Notes: a model not told the origin generated them from the sequence alone. A stretch of 64,000 bases of DNA from Smithella sp. (GCA_017993615.1 JAGOMJ010000007.1:1587-65586); one strand, 5' to 3'. Counted from the stretch's first letter, positions 37,086 to 45,929 are shown. Numbers and translations are program-made.

Positions 37086-38138
37086 TTAGTATCTTGTCAC
37101 GTGATGCTCGGCCAATCCGAAAAAATCGGTAATCGGATATATTCTATTGTTGTTGTCCTTGAATCGTCCGTTATAGAGGCCGAACGGCTGGTGAAAATCG
37201 GATCCGATCAGCCCGATGCTGATTTTTTCGGCTCTTTCACCGGAAGGCGTAAATATTAAATCCATGCATCCATCATTCGTTTTGACTTCCCAGGGATGCA
37301 GGACATTCTGTTCATCGAATTTAAATCGCGCCGCGTTGAGGCAGTATATTTTTCCGTCCACCCACATGCAGTTTTCGTTGAAATTCCCGTCATCGGTAAT
37401 CATGTTCTGACAGAGATTAAAAGCGAGGAGATCTCCGTATTCGTTGTACCCCGCGGCCGTCGCCCATTTCCAGAAACTGACATAAGGGTAATATGTTTTC
37501 TGTTCGTCCATCAGGGCGACATCCCATTCCCGGTTAACCTTGATGCTATCCCTGCCCAGCATAATTTCACCTTCCGCCGGCGCAACAACCTTATGCGTGT
37601 AAAAAGGACGGAAAGGCGTGACCGGAGAAACCTGCACCAGCGGTTCTATCCCATTGAGGTCTTCCAGAACTTTAATTTCCCCTTGAACAGCCGGCAGATC
37701 TTTTTTGCCGTCGATGTCCATGATGATTTTATGATAGCCCTGTTGCAATCTGTTTTCAATATAAAGTCGGTAACCTTTTTTTTTGAATTCGCAGTGGCCA
37801 TCATAAACCTGTGCAGCAACATTCGCCGCACCGCCCGGTAATTGCACACTGTGTTCGAAACGCTTATTCTCATTTCTGTCGTAGGCATAAAAAAAGGAGA
37901 CTCCCATAAACTTGGCGTCAAAGATCACCATGCCAAAATAATAGTTGGACGTGATGATACCGAAATGCTGCCATTCCTTGAGACGGAATTTCTTCCAGAA
38001 TGCGGGAACGCCGGATGAAGACGAATAAAGCGGCACGTCAAGAATATTCACATCGCGAAAAGGCGTGCGAAACGTCCCGAAATGAATCGTTCCGTCTTTT
38101 TCCACCATCTTTGAGGGAGTTTCTGTTACTTTTCTCAT
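37086..38138 (-). CDS. hypothetical protein (possibly DUF2804-like)
   Basis: 350-aa soluble, beta-rich sequence. The family recollection is weak. Confidence 0.5.
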   Translation of the reverse strand: MRKVTETPSKMVEKDGTIHFGTFRTPFRDVNILDVPLYSSSSGVPAFWKKFRLKEWQHFGIITSNYYFGMVIFDAKFMGVSFFYAYDRNENKRFEHSVQLPGGAANVAAQVYDGHCEFKKKGYRLYIENRLQQGYHKIIMDIDGKKDLPAVQGEIKVLEDLNGIEPLVQVSPVTPFRPFYTHKVVAPAEGEIMLGRDSIKVNREWDVALMDEQKTYYPYVSFWKWATAAGYNEYGDLLAFNLCQNMITDDGNFNENCMWVDGKIYCLNAARFKFDEQNVLHPWEVKTNDGCMDLIFTPSGERAEKISIGLIGSDFHQPFGLYNGRFKDNNNRIYPITDFFGLAEHHVTRY

Positions 38139-38158
38139 ATCGCGTCTTGTTTATTGCA

Positions 38159-38692
38159 TTAAACCTTCGCAAGCTTCGGGAAATTTTCATCCAGGGCAGT
38201 ATTCCATTTATCCAGTGCCGGTTTGATTTTTTCCAACAGCGGCGCAACATCTCCTTCAATTTTCACGGAGATGATTTTATCGCCCTGGGCGATTTTGTTG
38301 ACCACAGCCTGATCGGCATCGCTGACCACTTCACCGAATACCGTGTGTTTGTCGTCCAGCCACGGGGTATCCACGTGCGTGATGAAAAACTGGCTGCCGT
38401 TGGTCTGCGGCCCGGCGTTGGCCATCGACAGAATACCGGACTTATTGTGACGCAATTCTTTGACAAATTCGTCTTGAAATCTGTATCCGGGTCCACCGCG
38501 GCCGTCGCCAAATGGACATCCGCCCTGAATCATGAAATCTGGGATTACCCGATGAAATTTTAAACCATCGTAATAACCGCGCCTCGCCAGGTTGACAAAA
38601 TTTCCCACCGTAACCGGCGTCTGATCTGCAAATAGTTTTAAATTGATTGTCCCCTTGCTGGTTTCAATAACCGCTTTTAAATCACTTGCCAT
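38159..38692 (-). CDS. ppiB: cyclophilin-type peptidyl-prolyl cis-trans isomerase
   Basis: [33 protein letters not shown] and HTVFGEV are cyclophilin signatures. Confidence 0.92.
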   Translation of the reverse strand: MASDLKAVIETSKGTINLKLFADQTPVTVGNFVNLARRGYYDGLKFHRVIPDFMIQGGCPFGDGRGGPGYRFQDEFVKELRHNKSGILSMANAGPQTNGSQFFITHVDTPWLDDKHTVFGEVVSDADQAVVNKIAQGDKIISVKIEGDVAPLLEKIKPALDKWNTALDENFPKLAKV

Positions 38693-38816
38693 TTTAATCT
38701 CCTGTTAAGATGTGAAGTGTCCCCTCCCCCTTGCAACGCTTCGGGGATAATTCGACTGATGCTTTAATAAACCGTTATTTTTCGAAACGTAGCGCCGGAA
38801 AATCCCAGAGCGAATT

Positions 38817-38843
38817 GTCCCGCCACCTTCGGGTGGCTGGGAC
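38817..38843. other. strong GC hairpin with UUCG tetraloop in the ppiB/sigma divergent intergenic region
   Basis: GTCCCGCCACC-TTCG-GGTGGC(T)GGGAC: an 11-bp stem with one bulge and no adjacent U-run. Confidence 0.4.
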
Positions 38844-39131
38844 AAACATCATTACGTTCGTTCTCAACGAGTTTCGTTAAACTTTAAAGATTGGCCATGA
38901 ATAAGTCAAGACAAAAAGGATAATGTGCCGTCTTTACCCGCATTTACGCCCCCGGCTCTTCAGGTTCCGCCTTGCACTTTTAAACTCATGTTTGTCTTGC
39001 TTTTTATTTCATTTCATATTCTCCTGCCGGGAAAAGAACACAACGCAGCCTCTGGAGTTAAAATAGTGAAATAATAATATTATTTTAGTAGATAATCACC
39101 TGAACATGATTTTTTCTGTCACAGAGGTGAA

Positions 39132-40058
39132 TTGCAATTGTATAAGTGGAGTATGTCAAACGAACAGAAAAACATAATGCTCAACCCCTTGAGCCAAAAT
39201 ACCGGGAATGACAATCCGGATGCTATTCTTATTCAGCATGCTCTGGACGGCAACAGAAAATCCCTGGAGCAACTGGTGGCCGACCATCAGCCATGGATTT
39301 ATAACATCGCGTTCAAGATGATCATGGATCATGACGACGCGGCGGACATCACCCAGGAAATACTCATTAAAATCATCACGAATCTGGCATCCTACAACCC
39401 CGACAGAGGAAATTTCAGGACGTGGGCCTACCGGATTGTGGTCAATCATGTGCTTAATATGAAAAAAAGGAAGTTTGAAACGCGGATCTATGACTTCGAC
39501 CGCTACATTGCCGCCATTGAAAATTTTCCGGATGACAGCTCATTTACGCATCCCGACGCGGGCCTTCTGGCCGAAGAAGTCAAAACCGGCTGCATGATGG
39601 GTATGCTGCTGTGCCTGAAGCGCACCGAGAGAATTGCTTTTCTTCTGGGAGCCGTTTTTGCCGTGTCCGATGCCGTCGGAAGCGAGTTGATGGATATATC
39701 GCGGGAAAATTTCCGGCAACTGCTTTCGCGCAGCCGGCGCAAGGTATTTAATTACATGAACGGAACCTGCGGCCATATGAACCCCGCCAACAAGTGTCGC
39801 TGCTCGCACAAAGTGAAGTCCTTTCTCGACCTGGGCATGCTGGATTCCGCAATACTCAGGTATCACCGCCCGAACTCGCGCATGGTGAAGGACATGCTGG
39901 GCTCCCGGCTCGAAAGGTTTCACCTGTCCTACTATGAACCCTTCCTGGCGTTATTCAGGGAGCAGCCTTTTTATGATCCGCCGGATGTTACATCCTGGCT
40001 GGACGATATCCTGAGGCAGGAGGATCTCAAAGCGATTTTCAACCTCGGGGAAGAATGA
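39132..40058 (+). CDS. ECF-type sigma-70 family factor with Cys-rich C-terminal extension
   Basis: Region 2 (DAADITQEILIKII...FRTWAYRIVVNHVLN) and region 4 (ERIAFLLGAVFAVSDAVGSELMDISRENFRQLLSRSRRKV), then CGHMNPANKCRCSHK and about 90 further residues. The start is uncertain: TTG 39132, TTG 39138 (better SD spacing) or ATG 39153. Confidence 0.8.
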   Translation: MQLYKWSMSNEQKNIMLNPLSQNTGNDNPDAILIQHALDGNRKSLEQLVADHQPWIYNIAFKMIMDHDDAADITQEILIKIITNLASYNPDRGNFRTWAYRIVVNHVLNMKKRKFETRIYDFDRYIAAIENFPDDSSFTHPDAGLLAEEVKTGCMMGMLLCLKRTERIAFLLGAVFAVSDAVGSELMDISRENFRQLLSRSRRKVFNYMNGTCGHMNPANKCRCSHKVKSFLDLGMLDSAILRYHRPNSRMVKDMLGSRLERFHLSYYEPFLALFREQPFYDPPDVTSWLDDILRQEDLKAIFNLGEE

Positions 40059-40115
40059 TGCAAACCCGCAATCGTTGGAAAAAATTAAATACGGGTAAGA
40101 AAGGAGACGTGTTGC

Positions 40116-40751
40116 ATGAATCACTTTAAGAAATACTTTTTAACATTTTTGCTGGTGACGTGTTTACCGATCATCGGCTGGGCAAGCGATCAGCAGGAAA
40201 TAACTGCTGCTATCGATTATCCCCAGTTGGAAAAACGCATTGCGGATCTCTCCGTCACGAACATGAAGGGCGAGGAGGTTGCTTTTGAATCCCTTTGGAA
40301 ACACAATCGCGTTGTGCTGGTGTTTATACGCCATTTCGGGTGAATGTTCGCCAGGCAGCGGGCTGCTGCCTTAATGGAGATAAAAAAACAAATCGAGGCA
40401 AACGGAGCAAAAATCTTGATTATCGGGAGCGGCACACCCGAGCAGGCAAAGACATTTGCCGAGAATTTCAACGTCGAACTTGATATCTATGTCGATGAAT
40501 CTCTTCAGACATACAATGCCTTTTCGCTTGAGCGCGGATTCTTCAAGACCCTGGGGTGGAAATCACTCAAGTGCGGTGTTAGAGCCATGCAGAGCGGCTT
40601 CCACCAGGGCTTGAGCGCCGGTGACCTCTGGCAACAAGGCGGGGTATTTGTCCTGGGTCCGGGCAAACAAATCGTTTATCAGCATGTGGAACAATACGCG
40701 GGCGAGCCGCTCGAAAAAGACGAGGTTTTGCAGGCGATTAAAAAAAGATAA
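40116..40751 (+). CDS. secreted PRXL2/AhpC-TSA_2-family thiol oxidoreductase selenoprotein (in-frame UGA = Sec at 40341-40343)
   Basis: Track ORFs 40116..40343 and 40344..40751 are in the same frame, separated only by TGA. The TGA falls exactly where this family has its active-site Cys (VVLVFIRHFG-U-MFARQ vs the family pattern F.RHFGC..CR). A hairpin lies 10 nt downstream. Neither half would be a complete domain on its own. N-terminal signal peptide. Confidence 0.8.
40353..40371 (+). promoter_or_regulatory. bacterial SECIS-like hairpin
   Basis: AGGCAGC-GGGCU-GCUGCCU: a 7-bp stem with a G-rich apical loop, starting 10 nt after the UGA, within the usual SECIS distance. Confidence 0.6.
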
Positions 40752-41032
40752 GCCACTGGTTCACCCGCAGCCGGAACATGCATTGGCGGCATAACCAAAA
40801 CACCACAGGCGGGAGAAGGTGTCGCTCCAGGATTAAACCGGGGCGGCGCCTTTTCTCCTCTTCAAACATTATATTAAAAAGTCAACACACTGCCTTTCGG
40901 AAAAGAAATCTTAACGCATCAGGATTCCTCGCCTAAAATATTGTCCTGAAATTGCCTGATGATCAACGCAGACATGAAATATCGCCAATTAAGATTTGAT
41001 TCCTTTCGCTGGTATAGGATATACAGACCACG

Positions 41033-42112
41033 ATGATGAAGGATACCGACAAAATCAAAAAGCTTCTGAACCGCCGACTGCTGGCCTGGTACAACCGCAA
41101 TCAACGCTTGCTTCCCTGGCGCAAAACAAATGATCCTTACCGTATCTGGATTTCGGAAATTATGCTTCAGCAAACCCAGGTGGATACGGTAATTCCATAC
41201 TATTATCGTTTTCTGGAAACATTCCCGTCCGTTTCCTCACTGGCTCGCGCCCCTTTGCAGGATGTGCTGAAAGTCTGGGAAAATCTGGGTTATTATTCAC
41301 GGGCCCGAAATCTTCACGCTGCCGCCAAGGTTATTGTGGAAAAATTCGGTGGGCAAATCCCTGACAAATTGGAAGAAATAAAAACTCTCCCCGGAATCGG
41401 CCAATACTCATCCGGTGCCATCTTAAGCATCGCTTATAAACAGGCGTTTCCTGCCGTGGATGGAAATGTCCGCCGGATTTTGTGCCGTGTATTTGCCATC
41501 CGCAAACCGGTGGACGACGCACGGGAACAAAAACAATTGCAGGAGCTCGCCGCGTCGCTGATTCCCGTCAACCATCCGGGTGATTTCAACCAGGCCCTGA
41601 TGGATCTGGGAGCGACAATCTGTAAAGCCAAAAATCCCGACTGTTCCCGTTGTCCCGTGGCCAACCTTTGTCAGGCTCGAATCAAAAGTTTACAAAACGT
41701 TTTGCCTATAATCAAAAAGACTCCCGCAATCCCGCATCGACAGGCAGCAGCAGCCGTCATCCGCAATGCAAAAGGCAGGTTACTGCTCGTTCAACGCCCT
41801 GCATCAGGATTATTGGCATCTTTGTGGAAACTGCCCGGCGGTTTCGTTGAAACGGGTGAAGATATTGAAAGAAGTTTAAGGCGAAGCGTTAAAGAAGAAC
41901 TTGGCATTTCCATCCAGACGGAAAAACATCTGGCCTCGGTCAATCATACGTATACGCACTTCCGCATAACCCTTCACGCCTACAATTGCCGTTTGTTGAA
42001 AAGCTCTCCCAAACCTATCGGGTGCCAGAACTCGCGATTTGTATCACCTGTCGATTTAAAAAAGTTGCCCATGTCGAAGATCGACAGATTGATTCTGGAT
42101 GAAATCTTATGA
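41033..42112 (+). CDS. mutY: A/G-specific adenine DNA glycosylase
   Basis: WYNRNQRLLPWR, ISEIMLQQTQV, HhH-GPD (LPGIGQYSSGAI, DGNVRR), the 4Fe-4S cluster CKAKNPDCSRCPVANLC, and a C-terminal NUDIX-like domain. Confidence 0.93.
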   Translation: MMKDTDKIKKLLNRRLLAWYNRNQRLLPWRKTNDPYRIWISEIMLQQTQVDTVIPYYYRFLETFPSVSSLARAPLQDVLKVWENLGYYSRARNLHAAAKVIVEKFGGQIPDKLEEIKTLPGIGQYSSGAILSIAYKQAFPAVDGNVRRILCRVFAIRKPVDDAREQKQLQELAASLIPVNHPGDFNQALMDLGATICKAKNPDCSRCPVANLCQARIKSLQNVLPIIKKTPAIPHRQAAAAVIRNAKGRLLLVQRPASGLLASLWKLPGGFVETGEDIERSLRRSVKEELGISIQTEKHLASVNHTYTHFRITLHAYNCRLLKSSPKPIGCQNSRFVSPVDLKKLPMSKIDRLILDEIL

Positions 42113-42423
42113 CGTTATTTTTGCATATTGAGAAAATCAATTCGAGTAACAAAGGACATGTGCCTTTTCTTTACCATACTTCACCTCTTCAAAACTCAAT
42201 CGTGCACAGAAGAAAATCATCACGAGTGCTTTACACCTCAACAGAAGCCTTGACACACAGGGCACCGTTTCATATATTCGCCCCGCGAGAAGAACGCGCT
42301 TATCCATATTGATAAGATGTTGAGAGCGGGGAAATATTAAATGCCATATGCCGTATCAAAAAATCACCCGAGCTGTTAACGGTAAACGTCCATTATTCTG
42401 TTCAATATTCTTGGCCCGATTGA

Positions 42424-43173
42424 ATGATGAAGAACAAAAATTTGGTTATAGCCGCTGTCGGAGACAGCTCCCTGCACAAACAATGGAAAAGCGGCAACCC
42501 CGCCTTTGATTTGATCCTCATTTATTACGGCAATAGCGATTTGATTTTTTTCGACTATACAAAAGATGCCTTGATATGCATCAAACAACATGGTCAGAAA
42601 TTTCCTTTAATCAAATCCTTTATTGAAACGAATTTGGAACTCGTATCTCAATATGACTATGTTTGGCTTCCCGATGATGACATTTCCATATCAGCGGGTG
42701 ATCTGGACCGTCTTTTTGATACAGCCCGGACATACTCTCTACAGATTTGCCAGTCCGCGTTAGTATCCTTACACGGCGATGTATCGCATGCCATAACGAA
42801 ACCGGAAAGAGAAAACACGTTAAGATTTACAAACTTTGTCGAAGTCATGATGCCGCTGTTCGATGTTAACACTCTCTTGTTTCTCCGTAATGATTTCGAT
42901 CTTTCCCAATCCGGCTGGGGCCTGGATGCAACATGGTCTCACCGGTTGAATTCCCCGAAAGATAAAATAGCCATTATTGACGATATCACCGCCGTACACA
43001 CCAAACCCGTCGGCAGCGATTATTCAAGATTCAAAATAAAGCCGGAGACAGAACTGAAGCATCTGCTGGAAAAATACAATATCGCTTTTATAATAAAAAG
43101 TTATTCATCCATATTGAAAAATGGAGGGCATAAAATCCCGTGGTACAGAAAATTTTTCAGGTTTTCATCTTAG
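42424..43173 (+). CDS. DUF707-family protein (glycosyltransferase-like)
   Basis: VIAAVGDSSLHKQW...YDYVWLPDDDI...GWGLD resembles DUF707. G+C is lower than the surroundings. Confidence 0.55.
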   Translation: MMKNKNLVIAAVGDSSLHKQWKSGNPAFDLILIYYGNSDLIFFDYTKDALICIKQHGQKFPLIKSFIETNLELVSQYDYVWLPDDDISISAGDLDRLFDTARTYSLQICQSALVSLHGDVSHAITKPERENTLRFTNFVEVMMPLFDVNTLLFLRNDFDLSQSGWGLDATWSHRLNSPKDKIAIIDDITAVHTKPVGSDYSRFKIKPETELKHLLEKYNIAFIIKSYSSILKNGGHKIPWYRKFFRFSS

Positions 43174-43233
43174 AATAATAATGAGTATGTAAACGTTTTT
43201 TGACTTCCGATCTTTCTGTTTGCTGTCTGCATT

Positions 43234-43258
43234 CGGGCGAGTCTTTTGGACTCGCCCG
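43234..43258. terminator. bidirectional terminator hairpin between the convergent DUF707 gene and purH
   Basis: CGGGCGAGTC-TTTTG-GACTCGCCCG: a perfect 10-bp stem with a T-rich plus-strand tail. Confidence 0.55.
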
Positions 43259-43314
43259 TCTTGATTATGGTCAATTTTTTTTATTCCTGTTCCTGCGCCA
43301 GCATGACAGAAATA

Positions 43315-44499
43315 TCAATGGTGGAACAGGCGCAGGCCGCAAAACGCCATCACGATCCTGTATTTGTTGCAGGTGTCGATGACCTGCTGGTCGCGGATCG
43401 ACCCCCCCGGTTCGACAATGGCGGTTACGCCGCTGCGGCGGGCGCGTTCGATATTATCGCCAAACGGGAAGAACGCGTCGCTTCCCAGGCAAACGCCGGT
43501 TACCTTGCTGAGCCATTTCTGCTTTTGCACCCTGGTCAGGGATTTGGGCTGCTTCGTAAATGTTTGGCCCCAGACATCATCGCCGATGACATCTTCCGGT
43601 GTTTCGCCCAGATAAACATCAATGGCGTTGTCGCGGTTGGGTTTGGCAACATCGTCGCGGAAAGGCAGATTCAACACTTTCGGCATATGGCGCAGTTGCC
43701 AGTTGTCGGCTTTCTGTCCGGCAAGCCGCGTGCAGTGAATGCGGCTCTGCTGTCCGGCGCCGACACCGATAACCTGGCCGTCCTGTACATAGCAAACGCT
43801 GTTGGACTGTGTGTATTTCAAGGTAATCAACGCAAGTACGAGATCGCGTTTCTGCGCGTCGGTCAGTGTTTTGTTTTCGGTTACAATGTTTTCCAGCATG
43901 CGGCTGTCGATTTTCAAGTCGTTTCGTCCCTGCTCGAACGTGATGCCGTACACCTGCTTGTGTTCCAGGGAAACGGGCACGTAATCGGGATTGATCTTCA
44001 CCACGTTGTAATTGCCGCTTTTTTTGGATTTCAAGATTTCCAGAGCTTCCGGCTCATAACCCGGCGCGATGATTCCGTCAGTAACTTCATTTTTGATTAT
44101 TTTAGCCGCGGACACGTCGCACGCATCGGAAAGCGCAATCCAGTCGCCGAAACTGCTCATGCGGTCGGCGCCGCGGGCGCGCGCGTAGGCACAGGCCAGC
44201 GGGGAGAGCTTTATTTTGGAATCGATGTGATACATTTTGCGCAACACTCTGTCCAAAGGATAACCCAGAGCAGCGCCTGCGGGAGATACATGTTTAAAGG
44301 AGGCTGCCGCCACCATGCCGGTATTTTCCTTGAGTTCTTTGACCAACTGCCAGCTGTTGAAGGCGTCCAAAAAGTTGATATAGCCGGGCTTGCCGTTTAA
44401 GACGTCCACGGGCAGATGGCTGCCGTCCGCCATGAAGATTCTCGCCGGTTTCTGATTGGGATTGCAGCCGTATTTCAGTTGTATTTCGTTCATGATCAT
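43315..44499 (-). CDS. purH: AICAR formyltransferase, stand-alone (PurH transformylase domain only)
   Basis: LKYGCNPNQ, ASFKHVSPAGAA, YARARGADRMSSFGD and AIVEPGGSIRD. There is no MGS-like IMP cyclohydrolase domain. Confidence 0.88.
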   Translation of the reverse strand: MIMNEIQLKYGCNPNQKPARIFMADGSHLPVDVLNGKPGYINFLDAFNSWQLVKELKENTGMVAAASFKHVSPAGAALGYPLDRVLRKMYHIDSKIKLSPLACAYARARGADRMSSFGDWIALSDACDVSAAKIIKNEVTDGIIAPGYEPEALEILKSKKSGNYNVVKINPDYVPVSLEHKQVYGITFEQGRNDLKIDSRMLENIVTENKTLTDAQKRDLVLALITLKYTQSNSVCYVQDGQVIGVGAGQQSRIHCTRLAGQKADNWQLRHMPKVLNLPFRDDVAKPNRDNAIDVYLGETPEDVIGDDVWGQTFTKQPKSLTRVQKQKWLSKVTGVCLGSDAFFPFGDNIERARRSGVTAIVEPGGSIRDQQVIDTCNKYRIVMAFCGLRLFHH

Positions 44500-45224
44500 T
44501 CCTCCACTGCTTTATATTTGTTAATAATGACGTCTTTACAGGTTTGCGTCTTGAGATCGACGGCGCGCACAAAAAGACTGACTTTGTTTTCTTCATTTAA
44601 TGCATCCCAGAGTTTTGCAGCATACCGGTCGGGATCTTCTTCATCGATTATGACGCGCATCGGTTCGCCCTGAAAGCTTGGAATCGGCGTGCCGTTGCAT
44701 TTATAAGTGCTGATAAAGTGTCCCTCGCCGGACAGCGGCTGAGCATAATTGAAGGTAAAACGCTGCACGCTTTTCTCATCCCCGCCGCAACTTTTTAAAA
44801 TATTGATCTTGTAAGCGCCTGTTTTCATATCCACCATACCGGAAATACGCGGCGTCCAGTTGGGACTGTCGTCTTCAAACGTGCGGGTATTTAACGCGGC
44901 TTCGAAATGAAAGCCCGGAAATTTGTTTTGCGACATGAAATCATAGATTGTATTGGTCTGATCACCGTTGGTCACGATGGTTGTTTTGGCAAAGATCAGT
45001 ACCGGATTGTAAATAATCAGATGCGGATCGGTCATTTTGGACGGGTCGGCAGCCTTGGTGCGGATGCCCCCTTCAATTGGATCAAATACACGGTTACGGC
45101 TGTTGGTGCTTCTGCCCATGATGAAGTAGGCAATCACGGCTTTGCCGCCGGGCGTCATCCCGATACAAATACCGCGTCCCGGATAATCGTTGCCGGCCAG
45201 AAATTCATATAAATTATTTTTCAT
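44496..45224 (-). CDS. purO: PurO-type (archaeal-type) IMP cyclohydrolase
   Basis: YPGRGICIGMTPGGKAVIAYFIMGRSTNSRNRVF resembles the PurO family. Its stop overlaps the purH start by 4 nt. Confidence 0.75.
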   Translation of the reverse strand: MKNNLYEFLAGNDYPGRGICIGMTPGGKAVIAYFIMGRSTNSRNRVFDPIEGGIRTKAADPSKMTDPHLIIYNPVLIFAKTTIVTNGDQTNTIYDFMSQNKFPGFHFEAALNTRTFEDDSPNWTPRISGMVDMKTGAYKINILKSCGGDEKSVQRFTFNYAQPLSGEGHFISTYKCNGTPIPSFQGEPMRVIIDEEDPDRYAAKLWDALNEENKVSLFVRAVDLKTQTCKDVIINKYKAVEE

Positions 45225-45267
45225 TTTTTACATCTCTCCTTGAGTGCGGGTAAGAAATTTTGGCGGG

Positions 45268-45296
45268 AGTATATGAAGATCATATTGTTATGTCAA
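45268..45296 (-). promoter_or_regulatory. sigma70-type promoter of purO-purH
   Basis: Minus strand reads TTGACA, a 17-nt spacer, then TATACT, about 45 nt upstream of ATG 45224. Confidence 0.45.
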
Positions 45297-45332
45297 CTGG
45301 ATTTGGGAAAAAGATCGATTTTATAATAACTA

Positions 45333-45361
45333 TTGCAAATGAAGGCCCGATGCGTTAGATA
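45333..45361 (+). promoter_or_regulatory. candidate sigma70-type promoter of purE-tsaC
   Basis: TTGCAA, a 17-nt spacer, then TAGATA, about 45 nt upstream of ATG 45408. Confidence 0.35.
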
Positions 45362-45407
45362 TAAAAAATAATAAAAAGCAATAATATCAGCCAATAAAGG
45401 AGCCTGC

Positions 45408-45929
45408 ATGAAAGCAAAAATCGTCAAGAGGAATGCCTTGGTCAGTGTGGTAATGGGCAGCGATTCGGATCTTCCCGTTATGACCGAAGCCGCAAAGGTA
45501 CTGGAAGAATTCGGCATCGCTCATGAACTGATTTTGACGTCGGCACATCGCACGCCGCTTCGCACAACACAATTTGCTTCAGCTGCAGCCGGGCGCGGCA
45601 TCAAGGTGATTATTGTCGGCGCCGGAGCGGCGGCTCATCTGGCCGGTGTGATTGCCTCTCAGACGCCCCTGCCTGTCATCGGCGTTCCGATTGACGCTAC
45701 CGCTTTAAACGGACTTGATGCGCTTCTTTCCACCGTGCAGATGCCCGGAGGCATTCCCGTGGCTACTATGGCTATCGGAAAAGCCGGTGCCAAAAACGCC
45801 GCACTGTTTGCCGTTCGCATGCTTGCGCTTGACAACAAGACATTGGGAAAGAAACTCCGCGATTACATCCGGAAAATGGCTAAAGACGTGGAGAAAAAGC
45901 AGGAAAATCTCACATGCCGGAAATCCTGA
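45408..45929 (+). CDS. purE: 5-(carboxyamino)imidazole ribonucleotide mutase
   Basis: VSVVMGSDSDLPVM, SAHRTP, AGAAAHLAGV and PVIGVP. AAAGGAG SD. Confidence 0.93.
   Translation: MKAKIVKRNALVSVVMGSDSDLPVMTEAAKVLEEFGIAHELILTSAHRTPLRTTQFASAAAGRGIKVIIVGAGAAAHLAGVIASQTPLPVIGVPIDATALNGLDALLSTVQMPGGIPVATMAIGKAGAKNAALFAVRMLALDNKTLGKKLRDYIRKMAKDVEKKQENLTCRKS

Noticed and set aside
40217-40471. 84-aa minus-strand ORF spanning the TGA junction of the selenoprotein gene
   Set aside because: It is antisense to a gene with clear family motifs and has no independent support.
42109-42312. 67-aa plus-strand ORF overlapping the mutY stop (ATGA)
   Set aside because: It lies in an AT-rich spacer with no SD beyond the overlap and an unremarkable sequence. 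I kept it as a possibility only, and it is not reported as a feature.
43246-44400. Nearly full-length mirror ORF (384 aa, plus strand) antisense to purH. Similar mirror ORFs: 48228..49097 opposite the radical SAM gene, 50293..50826 opposite hpt, 23655..24440 opposite rny, and 28991..29554 opposite abiEi
   Set aside because: For hpt I checked that the mirror ORF is in the codon-aligned antisense register, which stays open whenever the sense gene avoids the TTA, CTA and TCA codons. The sense strands carry unmistakable family motifs and the antisense products have none. I considered overlapping antisense genes but found no support (no SD, no motifs).
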